The notes below the pieces were generated by a model. That model was not told the origin of the DNA, ran no database searches, and worked only from the letters and a program-made list of their open reading frames with translations. A stretch of 63,740 bases of DNA, filler included, from Octopus bimaculoides (Eukaryota): the NCBI RefSeq assembly GCF_001194135.2. It is 7 parts of 7 records of this genome, joined end to end, with 100 filler letters (N's around TTAATTAATTAA, not from the genome) between each part and the next. Parts side by side here need not be neighbours in the genome. Positions count along the whole stretch, not along the records: positions 1 to 25,319 come from NC_069007.1; 6 more parts are not named here. One strand, 5' to 3'. The number at the start of each line of letters is the position of its first letter. Within the stretch, counting starts at the first letter, position 1. Positions 11,271 through 23,109 of the stretch are shown here, one piece after another. The position numbers and the translations under genes were made by a program.

Positions 11271-11936
11271 TACCTCTCTCTCTCTCTTTCTTGATATATA
11301 TATATNNNNNNNNNNNNNNNNNNNNNNNNNNNNNNNNNNNNNNNNNNNNNNNNNNNNNNNNNNNNNNNNNNNNNNNNNNNNNNNNNNNNNNNNNNNNNNN
11401 NNNNNNNNNNNNNNNNNNNNNNNNNNNNNNNNNNNNNNNNNNNNNNNNNNNNNNNNNNNNNNNNNNNNNNNNNNNNNNNNNNNNNNNNNNNNNNNNNNNN
11501 NNNNNNNNNNNNNNNNNNNNNNNNNNNNNNNNNNNNNNNNNNNNNNNNNNNNNNNNNNNNNNNNNNNNNNNNNNNNNNNNNNNNNNNNNNNNNNNNNNNN
11601 NNNNNNNNNNNNNNNNNNNNNNNNNNNNNNNNNNNNNNNNNNNNNNNNNNNNNNNNNNNNNNNNNNNNNNNNNNNNNNNNNNNNNNNNNNNNNNNNNNNN
11701 NNNNNNNNNNNNNNNNNNNNNNNNNNNNNNNNNNNNNNNNNNNNNNNNNNNNNNNNNNNNNNNNNNNNNNNNNNNNNNNNNNNNNNNNNNNNNNNNNNNN
11801 NNNNNNNNNNNNNNNNNNNNNNNNNNNNNNNNNNNNNNNNNNNNNNNNNNNNNNNNNNNNNNNNNNNNNNNNNNNNNNNNNNNNNNNNNNNNNNNNNNNN
11901 NNNNNNNNNNNNNNNNNNNNNNNNNNNNNNNNNNNC

Positions 11937-12203
11937 GAAGCTCCGGCAGGGGGATGGTGGTGAACCCTGCTGTACTCTTCCACCACAACTTTCTCTCACT
12001 CTTTCTTCCTGTTTCTGTTGTGCCTGTAATTCAAAGGGCCAGCCTTGTCACACTCTGTGTCACGCTGAATATCCCCGAGAACTACGTTAAGGGTACACGT
12101 GTCTGTGGAGTGCTCAGCCACTTGCACGTTAATTTCACGAGCAGGCTGTTCCGTTGATTGGATCAACTGGAACCCTCGACGTCGTAAGCGACGGAGTGCC
12201 AAC
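11937..12203 (+). mobile_element. SINE family A; head lost in gap
   Basis: High identity to about 18175-18440. Confidence 0.9.
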
Positions 12204-12796
12204 ATGTATATATATATACATATATACATATACATACATATATATATGCATACATATATATATATATATGCATATATATACATACACATATATATATATA
12301 TATATATACACATACAGTGTATCTTGATCTACATTCACCAATGTATTTCGTTTTTTTAAGACAGTAAAGTATGTGGCTTGAAGGAGATCTTGCTATGTCT
12401 AGCATGTCAAGTGGCCGCTTACACGCTAGCTTAACTTATGTAATACTTAATATTCTGTACGTATAGTCACCAAACAGCGTTGTAATCCAGGGATTATTGT
12501 TTACACTCAATGCAGAGGTTAAAGTTCCCTCAAAATCTTTTTAACAACGTCGGTATGTGACATGTTTATATGTGCGTGTGTGCGCAAGTGTATTGTGCTA
12601 GTAGATGAATGTGTATATATATATTTATATATGTGGGGATGTATGTATATGTGTGTGTATGCGCACGCGCTTGTATATACAAACAGGGTGGGCCATAATG
12701 ATAGAACGCATTATAAATGCTAGTATCTTGGATTATAAGAATGGCACAGGGTGCCAAATTTATTTATTACATAACTGATATATGGGAGTTCAACAT

Positions 12797-12963
12797 ATAG
12801 GAGCAAGTGTGATAGCGTGATAAGAAGCTTGCTTGCAAACCACATGGTTCTGGGTTCAGTCCCACTGCGTGGCACCTTGGGCAAGAGTCTTCTATTATAA
12901 CCTCGAGCTGACCAAAGACTTGTGAGTGGATTTGGTAGACAGAAACTGAAAGAAGCCCATCGT
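12797..12963 (+). mobile_element. SINE C segment followed by (TA)n and a gap
   Basis: Matches 57205-57372 (gggttcagtcccactgcgtggcaccttgggcaag..gtgagtggatttggtagac). Confidence 0.8.
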
Positions 12964-13969
12964 ATATATATATATATATNNNNNNNNNNNNNNNNNNNNN
13001 NNNNNNNNNNNNNNNNNNNNNNNNNNNNNNNNNNNNNNNNNNNNNNNNNNNNNNNNNNNNNNNNNNNNNNNNNNNNNNNNNNNNNNNNNNNNNNNNNNNN
13101 NNNNNNNNNNNNNNNNNNNNNNNNNNNNNNNNNNNNNNNNNNNNNNNNNNNNNNNNNNNNNNNNNNNNNNNNNNNNNNNNNNNNNNNNNNNNNNNNNNNN
13201 NNNNNNNNNNNNNNNNNNNNNNNNNNNNNNNNNNNNNNNNNNNNNNNNNNNNNNNNNNNNNNNNNNNNNNNNNNNNNNNNNNNNNNNNNNNNNNNNNNNN
13301 NNNNNNNNNNNNNNNNNNNNNNNNNNNNNNNNNNNNNNNNNNNNNNNNNNNNNNNNNNNNNNNNNNNNNNNNNNNNNNNNNNNNNNNNNNNNNNNNNNNN
13401 NNNNNNNNNNNNNNNNNNNNNNNNNNNNNNNNNNNNNNNNNNNNNNNNNNNNNNNNNNNNNNNNNNNNNNNNNNNNNNNNNNNNNNNNNNNNNNNNNNNN
13501 NNNNNNNNNNNNNNNNNNNNNNNNNNNNNNNNNNNNNNNNNNNNNNNNNNNNNNNNNNNNNNNNNNNNNNNNNNNNNNNNNNNNNNNNNNNNNNNNNNNN
13601 NNNNNNNNNNNNNNNNNNNNNNNNNNNNNNNNNNNNNNNNNNNNNNNNNNNNNNNNNNNNNNNNNNNNNNNNNNNNNNNNNNNNNNNNNNNNNNNNNNNN
13701 NNNNNNNNNNNNNNNNNNNNNNNNNNNNNNNNNNNNNNNNNNNNNNNNNNNNNNNNNNNNNNNNNNNNNNNNNNNNNNNNNNNNNNNNNNNNNNNNNNNN
13801 NNNNNNNNNNNNNNNNNNNNNNNNNNNNNNNNNNNNNNNNNNNNNNNNNNNNNNNNNNNNNNNNNNNNNNNNNNNNNNNNNNNNNNNNNNNNNNNNNNNN
13901 NNNNNNNNNNNNNNNNNNNNNNNNNNNNNNNNNNNNNNNNNNNNNNNNNNNNNNNNNNNNNNNNNNNNN

Positions 13970-14170
13970 ATGCATATATACGCACAAGTATGTGCATACC
14001 TACATCTACCTGTATATATAGGTGCATATCTGGGTACAGGACATTGCAAACAAAACGTAGACAAGAAAATAATAATAACCAGAGTACAGAAAACACACAA
14101 GCCACATAGAGAACATTTTCCTTCATTAGCTGCCACCATTCTAACACAGGCGTTTCGAAGAGTTAGGGCG
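13970..14170 (-). repeat. Dispersed ~200-bp repeat, unclassified
   Basis: Reverse complement closely matches about 55995-56190; the core gcgtttcgaagagttagggc is also at about 56417. Confidence 0.8.
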
Positions 14171-16318
14171 TGTGTATATAAATATATACATATAGATACG
14201 TATATACATACATTTATATATATATATTTATATAAAGGGCATTATTACAGAAAAATAATAACGCCACACAGTGGACTTCACAAAATAACCACATTTAGTA
14301 CCTAATGCGAGGAAAAACAACCAACAGAAGACGACCAACTTTCTTTTAAATAAACTTAACTGTGTATCTTGGGAATAGATATTTCCCTTATGAATTTTTT
14401 TACACACTGGCTTCTTGATAAAATTCTTGTAAAAGAGTTTTATCCCTTTTTGAATTTATTTATCAAATATTTACACGGAATATATTCAATGTTGAATTTT
14501 TATTCCTGTCTCCACACGTGTACCCAAAAGCAACCCGGAAGTATTCCCGCTTCTTTGATGNNNNNNNNNNNNNNNNNNNNNNNNNNNNNNNNNNNNNNNN
14601 NNNNNNNNNNNNNNNNNNNNNNNNNNNNNNNNNNNNNNNNNNNNNNNNNNNNNNNNNNNNNNNNNNNNNNNNNNNNNNNNNNNNNNNNNNNNNNNNNNNN
14701 NNNNNNNNNNNNNNNNNNNNNNNNNNNNNNNNNNNNNNNNNNNNNNNNNNNNNNNNNNNNNNNNNNNNNNNNNNNNNNNNNNNNNNNNNNNNNNNNNNNN
14801 NNNNNNNNNNNNNNNNNNNNNNNNNNNNNNNNNNNNNNNNNNNNNNNNNNNNNNNNNNNNNNNNNNNNNNNNNNNNNNNNNNNNNNNNNNNNNNNNNNNN
14901 NNNNNNNNNNNNNNNNNNNNNNNNNNNNNNNNNNNNNNNNNNNNNNNNNNNNNNNNNNNNNNNNNNNNNNNNNNNNNNNNNNNNNNNNNNNNNNNNNNNN
15001 NNNNNNNNNNNNNNNNNNNNNNNNNNNNNNNNNNNNNNNNNNNNNNNNNNNNNNNNNNNNNNNNNNNNNNNNNNNNNNNNNNNNNNNNNNNNNNNNNNNN
15101 NNNNNNNNNNNNNNNNNNNNNNNNNNNNNNNNNNNNNNNNNNNNNNNNCGATCTCACACATATATCTATCTATCTATCTATAATTATTAGCAGGATCCAA
15201 AAAATCGAGGTATTTTATGGTTAATTAATGCGGTACTTTGATCTCTTGTACCTTCGTTATAAATTCGCATTTGTACCTCTCTTCATAGGTACATTGTTAT
15301 GTACCGACAAATTAACACAAAAACCTGGATATACGAGGTTTTTCGGCAGATTCTCCAAATCCAACTTATTAGCGGCACAGTAAAGATCTGTAAGACACCC
15401 CAAAGATTCTCCTTCAGAGATTCTTATATGGAAAGATGCACACACCCAAGTGTATGCATCGAGGGTTCAACCAACACACCTATTCAGCCACGTATTTACA
15501 AACACCAGGGGCACTCGTAACTCATAAGGCCTTGTCGCTTTTATTAGCAACCGGCTTGAACTCTCAGAAGAACTTGAATAAAACTCAAAGGAAACACACA
15601 CACACACACACACACACACAATACCTACATACATATATTAGCAGGAAAGAAATAACGAAGTTGGTGGCAAATTTCTTGAAAAACGAACCACGAAAATGCC
15701 TGATAAATACATTGTTGGAAATACAGCGTTCAAGTCCTTTATAATAGTTAAACAGTTCAATAAATAAACAAACAAAGAAACGAGAAAACAAACAAACAAA
15801 CAAATAAATAAATAAATAAATAAATAAGAAAGGTTTTAATTCTGACGCAATCTAAACAAAGCGAAAAAAAATTCTCATTGAAGTCTTCGTAATAAACAAC
15901 GTTCTGGGTTTCTCCACCTTGAGCCTCGACATAAAGATTGTTCTTGCTTGCTAAACGATAAAGATCTAAGATATTGCAGCCGATCAGAGAAGCACGGCTC
16001 TTCCAACTGCAGTTCAGTTACGTCCTAAGGTCGGACGCTCGTCTTAGGGTTCGTTGATGGATGTTTACGAAGCTTAGTCGAATGGTGACAAGGAGTCTCT
16101 TGAACTGAAATGCCATATCAACAGGACTGATAATGATTCTGGGAATGGACACATCATTTTATTTGTCACTTCCGGAAACTATTGTAGCATCAATAACGTT
16201 GGTGTATGGAGATTCTTATCAGCCTTTCTCTAGACATGGAGGATCCAGATTACGAAGAAGAAGCATAATGGACACACGACTTCTATAAACTTATGCGCAT
16301 GTGCAAATATCACACACA

Positions 16319-16376
<58 letters not shown>

Positions 16377-17339
16377 NNNNNNNNNNNNNNNNNNNNNNNN
16401 NNNNNNNNNNNNNNNNNNNNNNNNNNNNNNNNNNNNNNNNNNNNNNNNNNNNNNNNNNNNNNNNNNNNNNNNNNNNNNNNNNNNNNNNNNNNNNNNNNNN
16501 NNNNNNNNNNNNNNNNNNNNNNNNNNNNNNNNNNNNNNNNNNNNNNNNNNNNNNNNNNNNNNNNNNNNNNNNNNNNNNNNNNNNNNNNNNNNNNNNNNNN
16601 NNNNNNNNNNNNNNNNNNNNNNNNNNNNNNNNNNNNNNNNNNNNNNNNNNNNNNNNNNNNNNNNNNNNNNNNNNNNNNNNNNNNNNNNNNNNNNNNNNNN
16701 NNNNNNNNNNNNNNNNNNNNNNNNNNNNNNNNNNNNNNNNNNNNNNNNNNNNNNNNNNNNNNNNNNNNNNNNNNNNNNNNNNNNNNNNNNNNNNNNNNNN
16801 NNNNNNNNNNNNNNNNNNNNNNNNNNNNNNNNNNNNNNNNNNNNNNNNNNNNNNNNNNNNNNNNNNNNNNNNNNNNNNNNNNNNNNNNNNNNNNNNNNNN
16901 NNNNNNNNNNNNNNNNNNNNNNNNNNNNNNNNNNNNNNNNNNNNNNNNNNNNNNNNNNNNNNNNNNNNNNNNNNNNNNNNNNNNNNNNNNNNNNNNNNNN
17001 NNNNNNNNNNNNNNNNNNNNNNNNNNNNNNNNNNNNNNNNNNNNNNNNNNNNNNNNNNNNNNNNNNNNNNNNNNNNNNNNNNNNNNNNNNNNNNNNNNNN
17101 NNNNNNNNNNNNNNNNNNNNNNNNNNNNNNNNNNNNNNNNNNNNNNNNNNNNNNNNNNNNNNNNNTATATATATATATATAAATATATATATATATTTGT
17201 GTTTGTGTGTGTGTGTGTGTGTAGAAGGTTGAAAAGGAACACACGAGTTGATATATATAGAAAAAAAAGTCAAGGTAGAATAAATACCAGGTTAAAAAGA
17301 AAATAAGTACTGAAATTCCTCAAGCAGGTGCCCCAGTAT

Positions 17340-17385
17340 GGCCTTGTGAGTGGATTTGGTAGACGGAAACTGAAAGAAGCCCGTC

Positions 17386-17423
<38 letters not shown>

Positions 17424-17625
17424 CTGTGTTTGTCCCCCCACCATCGCTTGACAACCGATGCTGGTGTGTTTACGTCCCCGTAACTTAGCGGTTAGGCAAA
17501 AGAGACCGATAGGATAAGTACTAGGCATGCAAAGAATAAGTCCCGGGGTCGATTTGCTCGACTAAAGGCGGTGCTCCAGCATGGCCACAGTCAAATGACT
17601 GAAACAAGTAAAAGAATAAAAGAGT
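17340..17625 (+). mobile_element. Composite SINE: C tail + (TA)(TG)n + E segment
   Basis: Same order as 5470-5820 in the opposite orientation; ends gactgaaacaagtaaaagaataaaag. Confidence 0.8.
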
Positions 17626-18059
17626 ATCTTTAAAAATTTAACCGGTTTCAAAAAAGTTGAAGTCGAAAGACGTGGCCCATGCCGCAGCTGTCTTGCTTCC
17701 CCATTTTTTAAAAATAGGGAATTAATGGCCTAAATTAGTATGTTTTGAATAGGACTTGATTGATAGAGGAAAGTTACATGACTGGTCTTAGGAATTTTTG
17801 TAGGTTACCCGTATGTTAATATCAAGTGACAATGTTTAGCGGAATAAGTTATGGCTGACTGAACATGTCTAGTGATACTACCAAACAATCAATGCTCTCA
17901 ATGTTTTCTGTTACAGTTTAAGACTTGGTTTGTACTTTTGTATGAAAGTGTTTTCTTTGTTGATTTGTGCTTCAACTGTGATATTCACTGAACATAGATG
18001 GAGTGGAAAGACCTGGAATTTGACAGACTTATTGTTTGCACATATGTCTATAGTGGAGT

Positions 18060-18448
18060 GGAGGCGCAATGGCCCAGTGGTTAGGGCAGCAGACTCGCGG
18101 TCCTAGGGTCGCGGTTTCGATTCCCAGACCGGGCGTTGTGAGTGTTTATTGAGCGAAAACACCTAAAGCTCCACGAGGCTCCGGCAGGGGATGGTGGCGA
18201 ACCCTGCTGTACTCTTTCACCACAACTTTCTCTCACTCTTACTTCTTGTTTCTGTTGTGCCTCTAATTCAAAGGGTCAGCCTTGTCATACTCTGTGTCAC
18301 ACTGAATATCCCCGAGAACTACGTTAAGGGTACACGTGTCTGTGGAGTGCTCAGCCACTTGCACGTTAATTTCACGAGCAGGCTGTTCCGTTGATCGGAT
18401 CAACTGGAACCCTCGACGTCGTAAGCGACGGAGTACCAACAACAACAA
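18060..18448 (+). mobile_element. Full-length SINE family A with Pol III A/B boxes, (AAC)n tail and 12-bp TSD
   Basis: Box A tggcccagtgg at 18070-18080, box B ggtttcgattcc at 18113-18124; TSD ctatagtggagt (18048-18059) / ctatagtggaat (18449-18460). Confidence 0.95.
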
Positions 18449-18475
18449 CTATAGTGGAATCTGTCTAGTACTGGC

Positions 18476-18652
18476 GTCTTAGCAGTATTTCGCCCATCGC
18501 TAAGTTCTGAGTTCAAATTCCGCTGAGGTCGACTTTGCCTTTCATCCTTTCGGGAGACGATAAATTAAGTACCAGTGAAACACTGGGGTCGATGTAATCG
18601 ACTAGTCTCCACCCCACGAATTTCAGGCCTTGTACCTTTAATAGAAAGGGTT
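18476..18652 (+). mobile_element. SINE family D copy
   Basis: gagttcaaattccgctgaggtcgactttgcctttcatcctttcggg..gataaattaagtaccag..ctggggtcgatgtaatcgact. Confidence 0.8.
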
Positions 18653-20744
18653 ATCATTACTATTATTATTAATGATAACGTCATCAGAACAATATGAGAC
18701 ATTAAATGGAATCGAAGTCGTTGTCATTTGAAGCGGAGGNNNNNNNNNNNNNNNNNNNNNNNNNNNNNNNNNNNNNNNNNNNNNNNNNNNNNNNNNNNNN
18801 NNNNNNNNNNNNNNNNNNNNNNNNNNNNNNNNNNNNNNNNNNNNNNNNNNNNNNNNNNNNNNNNNNNNNNNNNNNNNNNNNNNNNNNNNNNNNNNNNNNN
18901 NNNNNNNNNNNNNNNNNNNNNNNNNNNNNNNNNNNNNNNNNNNNNNNNNNNNNNNNNNNNNNNNNNNNNNNNNNNNNNNNNNNNNNNNNNNNNNNNNNNN
19001 NNNNNNNNNNNNNNNNNNNNNNNNNNNNNNNNNNNNNNNNNNNNNNNNNNNNNNNNNNNNNNNNNNNNNNNNNNNNNNNNNNNNNNNNNNNNNNNNNNNN
19101 NNNNNNNNNNNNNNNNNNNNNNNNNNNNNNNNNNNNNNNNNNNNNNNNNNNNNNNNNNNNNNNNNNNNNNNNNNNNNNNNNNNNNNNNNNNNNNNNNNNN
19201 NNNNNNNNNNNNNNNNNNNNNNNNNNNNNNNNNNNNNNNNNNNNNNNNNNNNNNNNNNNNNNNNNNNNNNNNNNNNNNNNNNNNNNNNNNNNNNNNNNNN
19301 NNNNNNNNNNNNNNNNNNNNNNNNNNNNNNNNNNNNNNNNNNNNNNNNNNNNNNNNNNNNNNNNNNNNNNNNNNNNNNNNNNNNNNNNNNNNNNNNNNNN
19401 NNNNNNNNNNNNNNNNNNNNNNNNNNNNNNNNNNNNNNNNNNNNNNNNNNNNNNNNNNNNNNNNNNNNNNNNNNNNNNNNNNNNNNNNNNNNNNNNNNNN
19501 NNNNNNNNNNNNNNNNNNNNNNNNNNNNNNNNNNNNNNNNNNNNNNNNNNNNNNNNNNNNNNNNNNNNNNNNNNNNNNNNNNNNNNNNNNNNNNNNNNNN
19601 NNNNNNNNNNNNNNNNNNNNNNNNNNNNNNNNNNNNNNNNNNNNNNNNNNNNNNNNNNNNNNNNNNNNNNNNNNNNNNNNNNNNNNNNNNNNNNNNNNNN
19701 NNNNNNNNNNNNNNNNNNNNNNNNNNNNNNNATATATATGCATTTCTGTGCATGTGTTTGTACACACATTCGTTCTCAGTGGACATAGAGAAGTTCATGT
19801 TATACCGGTATGCTCCGTATGGCCGAAATACGAATCTGATGACACGGGTCACCAACATTCTAGCGGTCAAATTCTGGTTGTAAAATCTACAAAACTAAAA
19901 GCCGCCTACGATAAAAAGGGAGAGAAGAGTAACCAGTATTACGTCATATCCCGAAGATGAGGTTGAGACAGTCGGGGTACTTTGATAAAAATGAATTTGT
20001 GAACTCACTTGTTCCAAAGTAACAACGAAGATATGAGACGCAGTGGGAACAGAAGCTTTATAAAATAAATTAAATTAGAACGTCGATACGTTTTTAATAT
20101 ACGACGACTATAGAAGCTGTTGCCCATACATACATGCATATCCGTTTCTCTAATTCCGTTTTTCTCTTCTTCATCGTTTTCTATCCATCTGTCTCTGTCT
20201 CTCTCTTTCCCTCTTTCTCTTTTTCTCTTTCGTTGCTCACACGTGACCATCGTCCATCTTTCTTTTCATCATGTGATCATCTTTCTTTTCCTTCAAGACT
20301 GCCCTAAGGACTGGACGTATTCTATCTCTCTCTTCTATCTTTTCAAAGAAAATATTTTTCCAGCGTTCGCTATTTTACCCTTGTTCTAGTCTATTAATTA
20401 AAAAACACGTGGAAGTTATTTTTTGCTAGTATTATGTAACTACAAATATCAGTCTATCTACCTGCTTATCTACCTATGCATTTCCTCTTTACCAGTCTAT
20501 CTATCTAGCCATCCATCTATGTACTCTGCTCTGTTTTCCCCACCACCTCAACCGCATCATCACATCGTACGCTGACTCTTCTCTAGTGGCTGACCTACTT
20601 ATATCCCCCACCCCGCCTTTTGCTTTAACCTATTTCACTTATCGCTCCTTACTTTTGCTCAATAATATTAGTACAAAACTGGTGCAACTTCAATTCTTAT
20701 TATTATTCGTTTTATTTTATTACTATTATTATTGTTTGATCAAA

Positions 20745-21435
20745 GGCGATGATTTGGCAAAATCGTTAGCACGCTAAAAAAAAAAAGAAAAAAACATTGT
20801 GACATTTCGTCCGTCTTTTACGTTTTGAGTTCAAATTCCGTCGGGGTCCACTTTGCCTTTCATCCTTTCGATGTAATCAACTAGTTCCCTCCCGCAAAAC
20901 TTAAGGCCTTGTACCTTTAGTAGAAAGGATTATCGTTTGATCAGGTGGGGATGTTGGCTTGCTCGCCTAGCGATGGGGTGGTGTCATTCTAAGGCTAAAA
21001 CGATGCAAGGTGCATTGTGACCAGCGATGTGTAACAATATCGGATAGTCTAGTCGGTTACGTGAGAATCACATCACGTGGTCTCGTGATTATTATTTTAA
21101 TTTTAATTAAGGCAGAATGCTTAGCGGCATTTCGTCCGTCTTTACGTTCAGAGTTCAAATTCCGCCGAGGTTGACTTTGTCTTTCATCCTTTCGGAGTCG
21201 ATAAAATAAGTACCAGTTAAGTTCTGGGGCCGATGTAATCGACTTGCCCCGTCCCCGCGAAATTGCTAGCCTTGCGCTAAAATTTGAAATTATTATTCAG
21301 GTTGCGAGCAAGCATAATCGTTAGCCCCTGTCTGTAAGTTCCGAGTTCAAATTCCACCGAGATCGACTTTGCTTTTATCCTTTTCGGGATCGATAAAATA
21401 AGTACCAGCTGAACACGGGAATCGATGTAATTGAA
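20745..21435 (+). mobile_element. Cluster of three SINE family D copies with another repeat between them
   Basis: D core at about 20825-20880, 21150-21240 and 21345-21430. Confidence 0.7.
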
Positions 21436-21678
21436 ATTTCATATTCATTTAGAAAATATATTGGTTTTTAACTGTTTTTATTTCTATATACACCATTATA
21501 TACAACAAGCTACAGATAGGGAATTTTGACAATCGATGCCTGTGTATGCGATGGGTTTAGTAAATTAGATATTTCGAAAATTGAGACGTCCGTGAGATAG
21601 ATGGTAGCTTAATATCTTTTAAAATTAAGTTGAGAAATACATATGTGTGTATGTCTGTGTATATACATAGATGCCGTA

Positions 21679-22026
21679 GAGGCGCAATGGCCCAGTGGTT
21701 AGGGCAGCGGACTCGCAGTCATAGGATCGCGGTTTCGATTCCCAGACCAGGCGTTGTGAGTGTCTATTGAGCGAAAACACCTAAAAGCTCCACGAGGCTC
21801 CGGCAGGAGATGGTGGCGAACCCTGCCGTACTCTTTCACCACAACTTTCTCTCACTCTTACTTCCTGTTTCTGTTGTGCCTGTAATTCAAAGGGTCAGCC
21901 TTGTCACACTGTGTCACGCTGAATATCCCCGAGAACTACGTTAAGGGTACACGTGTCTGGAGTGCTCAGCCACTTGCACGTTAATTTCACGAGCAGGCTG
22001 TTCCGTTTAATCGGATCAACTGGAAC
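21679..22026 (+). mobile_element. SINE family A, near full length; tail end in gap
   Basis: High identity to 18060-18448. Confidence 0.9.
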
Positions 22027-22459
22027 NNNNNNNNNNNNNNNNNNNNNNNNNNNNNNNNNNNNNNNNNNNNNNNNNNNNNNNNNNNNNNNNNNNNNNNNNN
22101 NNNNNNNNNNNNNNNNNNNNNNNNNNNNNNNNNNNNNNNNNNNNNNNNNNNNNNNNNNNNNNNNNNNNNNNNNNNNNNNNNNNNNNNNNNNNNNNNNNNN
22201 NNNNNNNNNNNNNNNNNNNNNNNNNNNNNNNNNNNNNNNNNNNNNNNNNNNNNNNNNNNNNNNNNNNNNNNNNNNNNNNNNNNNNNNNNNNNNNNNNNNN
22301 NNNNNNNNNNNNNNNNNNNNNNNNNNNNNNNNNNNNNNNNNNNNNNNNNNNNNNNNNNNNNNNNNNNNNNNNNNNNNNNNNNNNNNNNNNNNNNNNNNNN
22401 NNNNNNNNNNNNNNNNNNNNNNNNNNNNNNNNNGGGCGAGAGATCGAGGTAAAACAGTG

Positions 22460-22845
22460 ATAGGTAAGTAGGTAGAGAGATGGATAGATGGATAGAAAGA
22501 TCTAGTTAGATAGATAAATAGACAAACAGATAGACAAGCAAGCAGACATATAGATAGATAGATGGAAGGATAGATAGATGAATAGATAGATAGATACATA
22601 GATGGCCAGATAGACATATAGGTGGATAGATAGACAGATAGATAAATCGATAGAGACAGAAAAATAGACAGACAGATAGACAGATAGATAGACAAATAAA
22701 CAGACAGACAGACAGATAAATAGATAGATAAATAGATACAGATGAACAAATATATTGATAGACAAATAGATAGATAGACAGAGAGACAGACAGTCAGACA
22801 GACATACACACATTAATTGATAGATAGAAAGATAGATAGATGGTA
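22460..22845. repeat. (ATAG)n/(ACAG)n tract
   Basis: Simple repeats read directly. Confidence 0.9.
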
Positions 22846-23109
22846 TTTCTTACTATGTTGAAAGTTACTAGTTAAAATTTTATTTTAAAAAAATTGAATG
22901 TTTAATCGCAAGTCTTCTCAAAAGCAATTCAAAATATGGTAATTTATCATTTTCTTTCCATTTTCAAATATATTTCTTTTAAAAGAATCTTTTTCCATTT
23001 TCGAAAGTGGTAGCTTAATATCTTTTAAAATCAAGTTGAGAAATACATATGTGTGTATGTCTGTGTCTATACATAGATGCCACACAGACATTTTCTGCTG
23101 ATGAACCAA

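Noticed and set aside
18060-18135. tRNA gene
   Set aside because: A/B boxes are present but it continues into the SINE body without a proper acceptor stem or terminator; it is a SINE head.
18142-18448. Recurrent ORFs MFIERKHLKLHEAPAG / MVANPAVLFHHNF seen at several loci
   Set aside because: Chance frames within the non-coding SINE A consensus, repeated because the SINE is repeated.
19781-19960. Exon-like stretch (DIEKFMLYRYAPYGRNTNLMTRVTNILAVKFWL*)
   Set aside because: Acceptor is plausible but both open frames end in stops and match nothing I recognise.
3746-22809. Long ORFs of 200-475 aa in the track
   Set aside because: Almost entirely X: open only because N runs contain no stop codons. 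The same applies at 35-36 kb, 47.5-48.7 kb and 61-62 kb.
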